In this document: one piece after another, positions 53,171 through 64,000 of the stretch
Layout of the letters: each line of letters starts with the position of its first letter
How positions within the stretch are numbered: position 1 is the first letter of the stretch
Origin: Trichoplax sp. H2
Lineage: Eukaryota
Assembly (NCBI GenBank): GCA_003344405.1
Contig: NOWV01000139.1
Location: 1 to 64,000, forward strand
Length of the DNA stretch: 64,000 nt
Direction: 5' to 3'
Position numbers and translations under genes: made by a program
The notes under the pieces: generated by a model
Database searches by the model: none
What the model was told of the DNA's origin: nothing
Seen by the model: only the letters and a program-made list of their open reading frames with translations

Positions 53171-55807
53171 ATGGTGCAAAACATGCCGCAAACCCAAATT
53201 ATGGAGCAACCGCCAGAGCCTCATCAGCAATCGCAAATGCTTGCAAGTCCTTACATTATTAATCAGGGCTATGGCGGATCTGTATCCAGAGTCCTACCGC
53301 AAAGCATTCAAATCCGTATCCGCACCGTAGGCTTATTTATGTTGATTTTGGGTCTACTTTCATTAATTCTAGGAGTTATTGGGTTTTTTCTTGATGGATA
53401 TACTATCTATGACGATACCCCCTCATTTTCTATTATTTGTAATGTACGAGCTTACGTGTACCTTGGAACCAACATATGGTGTGGATTTATTGTGAGTATA
53501 CTGTTGTGTAAAGATCCTGTAAGCCTTAGCTTAATAATATAGTACGATAATCCTTAGTAGTTCTCTATGATTGAACGAGAATAGATTATTGATTCCTCAT
53601 ACGAATCGATTAATTCGTCTTTTGTGATATTGAGGCAAAAATTTCTTCTCATTGTTCATTCTGACTTGTTAAGATTTGCTAGTATCATCTAAGAATATCG
53701 GTATTAGCAATATTCATCTTCATCGTACAGATTGATTAGGATTTTCTAAGATATTTTATACGATGGCTAATAATTTATTATCGTTAATAATACTTTCATT
53801 TGATTGCAGTATGCTCTCAGTGGAGTATTTTCTCTCCTATCCAATCAATTCAGGGATAATGCTCATCTGGTATAGACTACGCTGATGTTATAATAGCTTA
53901 AACAGTTTATAACTGAAGAATTTTGCTAATTTATTTCGGAAGCTTTCGATCTGATATGGCTTCTAAATGATTACTTTCTATTTGCAGATGAATACTTTTT
54001 ATGCTTTCAGTATTATCAGTTTTATTATGTCTTTGGCTCATTTTGGCTTAAGCTTCGGGCTAATGTTTCATGATGGACAGCATTGTATCTTATGGTATAA
54101 TGCTGTTTCTATGCTGATATCTATTGGTAGTTTTGCTCTCTCTCTCGTTGTCATGATTGTACTTGGCCATCAAATATATTGCAGATCTAATCTTCGGGTA
54201 AGTTAAAATACTACTTCTGGCTGCTGCATGCCATTGCATAGTTCACTCAGGTAAACGATTAGTATTAAGCTTAGCATATAAAACAACTACAATCGCATTC
54301 ATATTTATGTTTCTGAGAAGTACTGCATAGTATCATTTATAATTATGAATGTCTACTTTTTGCTTTGCTCTTTTTCAAGAATAAAGCATGTTGTTAATTG
54401 CTAAATCTGGCTAATAGCAAATTAAAATCGTTTAATTTTCAACTGCTTTTATATAAATTGGTCTTTAATTACAGAATGCGATTTCAGTTCATTATATGAC
54501 TGGCCATCAAGTTGTTGCTTTCGGCCAACCAGGTATTTTGTTAATTCTTTACAGATTACTCTTAATTGGGATATACTGTAATAAGCACTAAAATAGAACT
54601 ACTTTAATCGTAGTTAGCCTAATTTCGTTCCAATTCATTTGAGAAATATTCTAACGTATATATTAATTGCCTCAATTATTTACGCTTTTAAATAAATCGG
54701 AAGTTTAACTTAACTACGAGCACTTAGCTTAACTATTATTCTTATTAGCCAGTAAGTTTACCTCAAAATTATTATGCATAAAATTAATATACCGAAATTA
54801 TTACGTACAGTTACAAGGCAATTGCTATTATAATTTAGTCCAAGATGTCAGTATATCTAAGGTAGCTATAATTTACGAAATCAGGCACTTTGCAAAGTTG
54901 AGTAACTTAATATTATTACACTACTAAATTATTACATCGGTGCACACCGGTATACAGAATAGGAAAATTTGAGCAATTTACAGATTTCAATTCAATTCAA
55001 GGATGATTGTTAATATTTTATCATTAATATCATTAAAATTTTCAAATTATTATGGCATAATTATTATGTAAGAAAGAATCACGCAAAATTTATTAATTTA
55101 ATTAAGATCATTCAGCGATAATAATGTCTTCTATACAGCGCATTATTATACTACTAGCAGAAAAGAGAGTAAATATAGAACTCTGACTTTTTATGATTGT
55201 AGCTAACCCTTTAATTCTGTTCTTGAAGAAATCCAGGAACAAAAATAATTCTCTTCTCGATCGTAATTTAAGATCGATAGACATATTCTTTTTACTTTCT
55301 TTACAAACACTATAATAAGTTGTTTAAAATTTCACATTAATCAATTTATAGAATACATTTAATTGAGTAATTACCACACTGCATACCAGTTTCTAATCGA
55401 GGAATAGTAGTTGCGAATCGCTACAATGAAATAATGTTTAGTATCAAGAACTAAACTCTTAGCGATTTTAATATTTTCTAGCAGCGATTATACTTAATAA
55501 GGCTACTCATATGATTCTCTAAAAGTGCGCTTAATTAAGATGCTTTAGCCATTACTACATTGCCTTGTAGCATAATTAAATGCCGGTATCATCTTAATTT
55601 GCTATGAATGCATTCTTAGTACCAATGGGAGTCGCTTATTCCGCTGGGCAACCTGTTTATGTCCAAACAACACCTAATCTACAGTATACAACTGAGATGA
55701 ACCGGGCTGCAATCTTTCCACCACAGCAACCGCCACCTCAATATGATCAATTGGTAGCAATAAATCGAAACGATAATTCGAAGGAAACAGAGAATATCAT
55801 CGGCTAA
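53171..55807 (+). CDS. MS4A/CD20-like four-TM protein, paralog E; exons 53171-53491, 53810-53869, 53988-54197, 54475-54532, 55620-55807
   Basis: LGTNIWCGFI|YALSGVFSL, WYNAVS, tail PPPQYD; same exon phases as the other paralogs. Confidence 0.8.
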
Positions 55808-58800
55808 TTGTCTTGCACTTTGATTGCTAATTTTTACTAACTTGATCTAAAAGCTTATGCAATGGATGATAAACAACTCATTAATTTAACCCTGTACATA
55901 TAGTTTAAGTTAATGTTATAACTAACAGACAAATGGATATATACTGAACTTACTCAAACTCACGAGGTACGCCGATTATATTTATTGGACAGTATTCTTC
56001 ATTTAGTTCTATAATATTAAATTGTCTTTCTCTCAATGTAAAATCCGTGATATTTTCAACTTAAGTTTATTTCTTAGTATGGTTCTTCAATAATGACAGA
56101 TGATGTTAATCATGTACTTCAAATCGTTATGAGACTAAAAATTTTGTTAACATAACTACTCATGTTTAGCTTTAGATGATCAGTAAGGATGCTAGTGGCA
56201 AAATTTTGATAATCTCTAAGACAGCGTTACAGACATAAATACGTGCAATATTATTATTTTTTACTAAGATGCAATCACATTCATTATTGGATTCTAATTA
56301 CTAGTTTAAAGTGTTTAGTCATTAATAATCAGAATTTAATTGCTTGTAGTTATTACTACTATTCTTAAATCGTATCTTAAAAATATTAATAGAATTTAAT
56401 GTTTCGTTATCAAGCTGATTACTATTTCTCAGTGACTTATGAGATAGCGTGCACTTTACAAAGTAGTACTCAATAATCTTAAATACGGTAGAGCTTATCA
56501 TAATTAATACAAATATATCCATGTATCCATAGCGAGATTAACTAACTTAAATAACTATAATAGTACTGTCGACTAAAGTTTATGAACAATGTAATCAGTT
56601 GTTATCTTTACCACATTTGGAAAGATAGATAAAAATATACGTTGCGATGGTGCTAGTAAAAGCCTTTACTATATTAATTATTAGTTAACGTTAGCAGTAG
56701 TCGCTCCGGGCTAGGACAAACTAGTAGAGACTAGAAATCAGATCACTTGTGAATAAAAAGTGCTAGTGGTTTGAAAGAAACCTGAGTAGTTGTGTGACTG
56801 TGAGGAAAGAGTTAGTTTTCCCTTAGAAGAAGACTTCCAAGTTAGTGGAAGACATACACAATTACTATAGCACCTGACATAACCAAATCACATGTAGGAT
56901 TTGTGACAACTACATAGTTGTGAATCACTGACCACAAGTTGGATGTGCGATTCGTAATCTTAGCTTTCATATGAAATAACCATCGATGCAACTGCAAATT
57001 CACTATCATTACTTTTAGTCAGTTGAGGATTAAGTAGTTTTTGGCTAAGTTCTGTATTCGACTTAAGGGGGACGTCTCGATGGGATATTATTACTCGTAT
57101 TATTTACGTCATATAAGATGAATGACTTCATGTATGCTGCTGTGTGATGTTACTAAAGGTCTAACTTGGAAATAGGTGATTAATATCATGTTAAGATTTA
57201 GAATAATTTTATAATTGCTTTAAAAATTTTAAAAACTCGGATCTTTCAACCATTAACATAAACGGATATTTTATAGTAATGCAATCTTTAAGTAGTGTAA
57301 AATAATTAGCAAAAAGGCAAGATAATGTGGCTTTAATCTGTCAATTTATACAAGTATGCTAATCATTTTTGAGAAATTTGAAAGAATTTTTTTTTCGTTC
57401 GGTATCTATAGAGATTTAATTAGACTAAATTCTACTGAAGTTTATTTGGCGGTTGCATACCAATGTGATCTAATTGCCTATATGCATATGTGATATTATC
57501 GAGTCGAATCAATAGTATACAAGTATTATATCGAAAGGATCAATCCCTATTGGTGGTCTGAATAACTTTTTAAATTGATTAGATAGGCTCCTTTTGAACC
57601 AAGAACCAATCACATGATCATCAATTGTATCAATATTAATATTTTACTACGCTCAGTTTTAGCTTGATTGGTTCCGCTATAACCCATTGTAGATTTAGCT
57701 ACATACTAACAAATAAAAGTTAAATTTTAAAGCTTACAATTTATTATATCTTTAGTAATGAACTAATACGCTAACAGCTGCGTTACTGTATGTCGTATAG
57801 CATCTCAATAGTGTTGACATTAGATGACGCATTTTATGTAGATAGAAGTTATACTAGGGTAGGTTGTATTCCCAATTTTGTTAGTGTCGTGGTAATTCAT
57901 TGTTTCAAGTTTTAATACTTGAAGCCTTATTAGTATCGATAATTAACTAATAACATTACATTAATCCTAATCTGTGATATTTTAGATCATTACCGTAACA
58001 GTTTTCGGTCAGATCGGAAAAGAAGAAAAATCAATTTTCAAGGTAGTAGTCAAAAAAACTTGCTTATATTTATTTTATTTTACTAGTGCCTTTATTCCCG
58101 TATTTCGAAAATAGGAGAGAATAACAATTTTGTTATTCTAATAAAATAGCACTCTTTGATTAAGCATGAACAGAAAATTGTTAAATTTTTCTATAATGCA
58201 TATGTACTGTATGAAATTTTACATTCTTAATTGCTTAATACTATAAATTAACGTTGATCAAAAAACAAATTGCTAAGTAGATCTTTATTAGAAAATTAAT
58301 GCTCGTGCTTGCATTGATACTTTTGCTTCTAAAAAGTCATAATTTATATTGCTTATTGGTTCTTGACTACGAATACATCTTTACAAACGGCAATTATATT
58401 ATAATTATTCTTCCATCGGCCTGCTACGATTATGAATGTGCAAATAAAAATGAAAAATTTTCTTTATTTTGGTGTCTCACAAATCACAAATTTGAAGAAA
58501 ATTGAGTCGCCTATCGTTCCTAGTTGATTTAATTTTATTCGGTTGATTTTCGTAACATATTACTTGATGAAATATTTCATGAAGACATATTTAAGGGTAA
58601 AGTATGATTAGTATGCTTCCGTTGCTGCTTATAGCTACGATTTATTACTCGCATTTAACTAAAATGGACATAAAATCTTACTACAGAGCAATGAAATATG
58701 CCGTAGTATTCCATTTATATTTGAAAATTAATTCGCTCGTTTTTGTAAGCCGTTATCATTTGTTTCATGATTCATTCTTTAAACAAAATAATCAAGTAAA

Positions 58801-59959
58801 CTGTGCAAGTTAATGTTTTAAATGAAATCTTTTCTTCTCGACTAGTATCTGCCAAAGCTAACTCAAAGTTCAATTTGCATAGGAAAAACTAATTAACTCA
58901 TTTTATACGTATTATATCAATCTCCTGTGAACAAAGTCATCATTTTGGGTGGTTATAGTATTCTTGCAACTACCTTAATGCTAAAATATTGCCATATGGA
59001 AGTATATGTAAATTAAACTTTTCTTCTTCATTATTACCATCTTATGAGCTTATAGTTCAGAGTAACTCGAAAAATTAGCGTCCTTTTCAACCATTTTCCA
59101 TTTGTTATACCAATTTTTCAGTGAAACCATATCAATATATTGTGTATGGTACTCTTATGTTGAATCTTAAGCTGCTATTTGCATACAAGAATTATAGCTA
59201 TTTCCTTCTTATATATGCACAATGTAATAGTAATAGCACTATTCTGCAAGTTTTAATGTATGCTACTCTGTGGTTCTACCTGAAAGTATACTTTTTCTTC
59301 GTGACTTATATCTATTCTAACACGTACAGTTCAATTTACGTTAAAAAATTTATCGTAACGACGTTTCCTGAATTGCTAAAACTACTTCAATTTATTCTAT
59401 GTGTCTGTTATGGAATCCGATTACTTTATAACGTGAAATTAGTAAAAATGCATCATACTATACCTACAGTACTTTAATTAAACGTTTACGAAATAGGGAT
59501 TTTTCTTAATGTTGCTGATCAGTGTGCTTGTAATTCACTTTACTTCAGATTACTTGCTAACTTTCTTCCAAAAATTTTTTTTGCCCAAGAGTATCGCTTT
59601 TTAATGTATGCCTCGTATTCTTACAAGGAATCGTAAGATATTTTAGCAGACGATAAAGTAGAAAAATTTTCCCACAAATTCTTACTTTCTTAAATTCTTA
59701 CTGCCAGACTATCTTCCTAAAAATTCTTACATTTTTTTCAAGACTATAGCCTTTAGTGCGCGCTTTGTATTCTCACAAGCAATTTTAAGTCATTTAAGTG
59801 ACTAATAAATTTGTTATTGGAAACAAATTTTGTTGAAGGTATACTTGGTAATTTGTTCATGCACTATTTGAAACCATTTTTGTACATTTCAGCAGTCATT
59901 TTAGATAAATCATCTGGTTAGAGGTCGAACTTGACGTGCAGCCAAAGTCTTTCTTCATC

Positions 59960-62832
59960 ATGACTACCGTAATTAATACGCCAAATTTGCAGACTATTCC
60001 AGCTCAGCAACCTCAAATATTGCAGCACCCACAGGTAATGCAACCGCCACAAATAATCCAACAACAACCACAAGTTATTCATACTCCAATTCAGCAAGGC
60101 TGCTGTGGTCCAATGCCAAAAATTATACCAGATAACTTGCGACCTGCAGTATTTCGAGTGGGCATTTGTGCGTTAGTGAATGGTCTTATATCCACCATTT
60201 TTGGTATAGTGGGCTTTTTTACCACCAGTGTTCGAATTCAAGGCCACCATTATACTTATTATTATTCCAACGTTCTGGCTTATATTGCTCCTGATATTTG
60301 GTGCGGAATATTTGTAAGTTGCTCTAAATTGTTGATGTGATCATTAATCGATAATGTAATGAATCCATTTAATGACTGCATGACTAAATAATAGTGATTG
60401 AAATTACTACTAATCCTATTAATAATTCGGATCTGCAATTTTCTATACTTGCGCTGTCTAACTTAAGATGCTTGCGACAATCTTATAGTATGCTTTGAGT
60501 GGACTATTTGCCATATTATCGGATCGCAACAGAAGGAATGATCATCTAGTAAGAATTATAACCCATTTTGAACAGATAGTTTAAGATTTAATTTTACTTA
60601 GTCACTTCAATCTGAGCTCAATTAAGTAAAATTACGCAATGATGAAGTTTGTATATAGTGAATTCTATACTATATTTGACGGACAATATTAACTTTATAG
60701 ATGAACAGCTGTTATTCCTTCTCTATTATGAGCTTCATTTTGTCGCTCTTCCATATTGGTCTCAGCTTTGGCTTTATTTTTCATTACCCATCTCATTTCA
60801 CAGTTTGGTTCAATATTGTGTCGCTGATATTAGCGTTGTGTGGATCGGCTTTCTCCTTAACCCACCTTATAATCCTTAGCCGCAATTTATATTGCAGATC
60901 GAATGATTCGGTAAGTGTGAAGGTTGTTAATGGTCGTTACTTCTGAGTTAAAATATCGAGAAATAAAATTGTCTAGGTCCGATTAAATTAGCATGCAATT
61001 ACGCTAAAATATAGCAAATACAAATCTATTATTTATAATCCTTGCTTAATCTTGAAGCTAGACCAATCGATAAATATAATTGTGAACTAAGGTTTCGGAA
61101 ATGTGAAATATGCTGCTAGACAGCTTATTCGCATTCATCGATGTATAGAATTCCTTTAATTAGTACGGTAAATATCATGCCAAAACATGAACAGTATCTA
61201 TCTAAAAGGTATAATTTCTTCAGACAGCTTATTTGCATTCATCAATGGTCTATATTACTGTAATTAGTACAATATCATATAAAAACATGAACAGCATGCA
61301 CCTGATTATGGATAATGCCAATAAACTACTAATAATCCATTCTTAGTCTTGATGCCAGACTGATCGATAAGTGTTTTTGTGAAGTAAGATTTCAGAAATG
61401 TACGGTCTCCTACTAGATAGCTTATTAGCATTTATTGATGACCTGCGGTATTCCTCTAATTAGTGCAATGTAATGTCAAACATGAACAGCACGCCCCTAA
61501 AAGATAAGATTTCTTAAGATAGATTATTTATATTCATCGATGTGCAATACTCCTCTAATTAGTGCCATAAGTGTCAATGTGAACTAAAATTTTCAGAAAT
61601 GTACGATAGACCGCTACAGTTTATTCGTTTTCATCGATGTGCAGCAGTACTCTAGTCGGTATAATATTATATCAAAACATGAACTGCCTGCATCTAAATA
61701 GTGTAATTTCTGTTGAGAATACCTATAATATTATTCCAACTTCTCCATTCTAAGCTATTTAATTCGATAAATTATAAGTTATTTTTTATGCAAGATACAT
61801 CATTATTCAATGTCTATTTTTACTCATTACAGAAAATGGTTGCTGTTCAGTATAACGGAAGCAATCAAGTTGTCACTTTTGGACAACAAGGTATTTCCAG
61901 CACATTTAATAGTACTTTTAATACAGCCACCGGTAATTTATAGCGTAGATTTTCATTTATGATTTAAAGATAGTATACTGATGCAGTCTTGCCTAACAAA
62001 TTTCCTCGTATAAAAATTATGATATCTTGGATTACAGTTCTTCAAATTACGATTAAATGATCACTTATAGAGGGTTTAACAGAACTCCACCAGGAAGTTG
62101 TTTGATTTTATTCTACTTAAAAGTATTAGCAGTCGGTCGATATAGAGAGTTTAGAGGTAACAGATTCATATGCAACCATGACTGTTAATGCATTAGATTA
62201 TTTAAGAAGATAGTCATGATGGAATGGTATAATTTGGGTGAACTTTATTAACTACATAATAGTAGATTTAGTTTAGATACCATATACCGTTGTTTTGCAA
62301 TAATCTCATCAGATCGACAATTGGAGAATGTTTACTTTATGAATCAAGGTAGTATATATTCAAAGTATTAAACTTACTGAAAAGTTTTCATGCCTTTTAT
62401 TGATGCACTTTTAATCAAACAATTGCAATATCATACCATAAGTCACTACAGTAATCTTATTAATGCCCTTAAATAGAGGAAGCACTTGCTTCATAAACGT
62501 AGTTGATACACTGTACTTTAGTTGGGTACTTTAACTGAAGCATCATGTGCCGGCGAATTTAATCTCTATAATTGCTCTATATACAATAAATTCTGTTGCA
62601 ATTTAATCGTGATTAATATTCTATCACGAAAGATGGTATACCGCTTCTAATTCAGGATTTAATTTTTGTATTAGCTATCGTCTATCCAACGTCTCAGCCA
62701 GTATATTTACAGGCTGCACCCGGGGGACACTATACTACAGCTATGAATCCTAATTCAGTAGCACCTACATCAATTCAGCAAGTAGCACCTCCACAATATG
62801 GAAATTTACCTCAAACCAAAATATCAAATTAA
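59960..62832 (+). CDS. MS4A/CD20-like four-TM protein, paralog F; exons 59960-60313, 60489-60548, 60701-60910, 61833-61890, 62675-62832
   Basis: Q/P-rich N-terminus, GCCGP, IAPDIWCGIF|YALSGLFAI, WFNIVS, tail PPQYG. Confidence 0.8.
61060..61710. repeat. Degenerate modular tandem repeat (about 5 copies of a ~100-bp core) in paralog F intron 3
   Basis: AGA(C/T)AGCTTATT.GCATTCATCGATG...CTCTAATTAGT...AAACATGAACAG recurs near 61118, 61222, 61415, 61518, 61617. Confidence 0.85.
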
Positions 62833-64000
62833 GGAGAAGTTTAGTAATACCAATATCGCTTCTTCTTGGAAAACCTTTCCTAAAAAATAGCTACGGACGT
62901 GGATTAAGCCTTTTAAAATGTAAGAAACGTAGTATTGGTGTTTAAACTAATTTTCAGGGAGTTTAACTTTTACTATTAAACGAATTAGAATGCGGTAGAT
63001 GCAGGCTTTGCTTACAGTTAAGGGTTCATTCTAGCTGTTTTTATATCATGTAAATAAAGTACTGCAGGTTGGAATATTCTGATTTTGTTGACTGTACTGC
63101 ACATGTGGTATTGGGATTAGTTAATAGGACTAGGAAAGAATTTAATTTATGTATTAAATCTGTGAAAGTGTGTGGTGTAGCCCCCCTCCCCAAATATAGC
63201 TTAGATTACGATTCAAGATTGTACGAAAGGAGGCTAAATTGCGAGCAGGGTTGTAAGACTGCATAAGTGTCTAATTGTGGAAGATATTTACAGTACGTAT
63301 TGCAGTAATTGTATTGAGATGCTTATTTTAAGAATTTGAGATAGTAATAGATAGCGTTAATTATGTTCGTACTATGAGATTTGTATTGTGACGCTTTAAT
63401 TAGAAGCGCGAATTATGAATTGATAGCACGATAGTAAATTTATATATGATTTTGAAACCTAATTGCTAAAATATGATTGTGTTTGAAAGAAAATTATTTT
63501 GTAACTAATTGTATGTAAATTGTGAATATTGCTGTGATAATTCATATAGTCCAGAGATAGTCCTATTGAAGCTAGCTAGTTCTTGGTAGTTGTAATACGA
63601 ACCTAATCTATGTAATAAAGTGAAGTTTACAAGAAACTGCATTTTTGGGTATTTTTGAGAAGACAATTTATCATAACGTGATTTTAAGAATTCTATCTAA
63701 CTGTGAAATCCAACTAGTATTACAGGCATCTTCATTAAGATTAGCCACAATTTTAAATAAAAATTTTACCTCAAGATTTAATCTCGCTCATTTATAATAG
63801 ATTGAAAACTAGTACTAACTGCATTTCTGTTCATCTACGATTAGAAAGATATATTGTAACTTTGTATATCTATTTCAAGCAATAGTTTTAATAGCTCTTG
63901 CAACTTTTAGAATAACATATTTGCTCATTTAATAAATATTCTGCATATAAATATTTCTGATCTACAACCCTTTAATGCTCGCAAATATTTTCATATTATA

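Noticed and set aside
56640-56911. Possible 272-bp solo LTR (cGTTG...CAACt, flanks ATATA/ACATA, AATAAA inside)
   Set aside because: Both termini deviate from TG...CA and the TSD is imperfect in AT-rich DNA, so it could be chance.
58299-59477. Hydrophobic ORFs that might be a seventh paralog
   Set aside because: None of the family motifs (IWxG, WFN, PPxY) or the exon pattern; hydrophobicity is expected from AT-rich codons.

Overview
Eukaryotic, AT-rich, intron-dense animal DNA. Composition, short introns and protein divergence suggest an early-branching metazoan such as a placozoan (inference only). Most ORF-track entries are single exons or noise, so I rebuilt the genes by hand from splice sites. 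The left third holds the 5' end of EXOC3/Sec6 (-) head-to-head with a complete CAND1 (+), then ATPase inhibitor IF1 (-) head-to-head with a complete 15-exon amnionless (AMN) homolog (+). From 25 to 63 kb lies an array of six 5-exon MS4A/CD20-like four-TM genes: three on - and three on +, transcribed outward. They share a conserved scaffold, a hypervariable Tyr/His-rich first extracellular loop and a C-terminal PPxY/LPxY motif. Interspersed are two ~625-bp solo LTRs with 5-bp TSDs, a decayed Gypsy-type integrase fragment, a strongly G-depleted Helitron-like segment, a 110-bp near-perfect hairpin and several tandem repeats.
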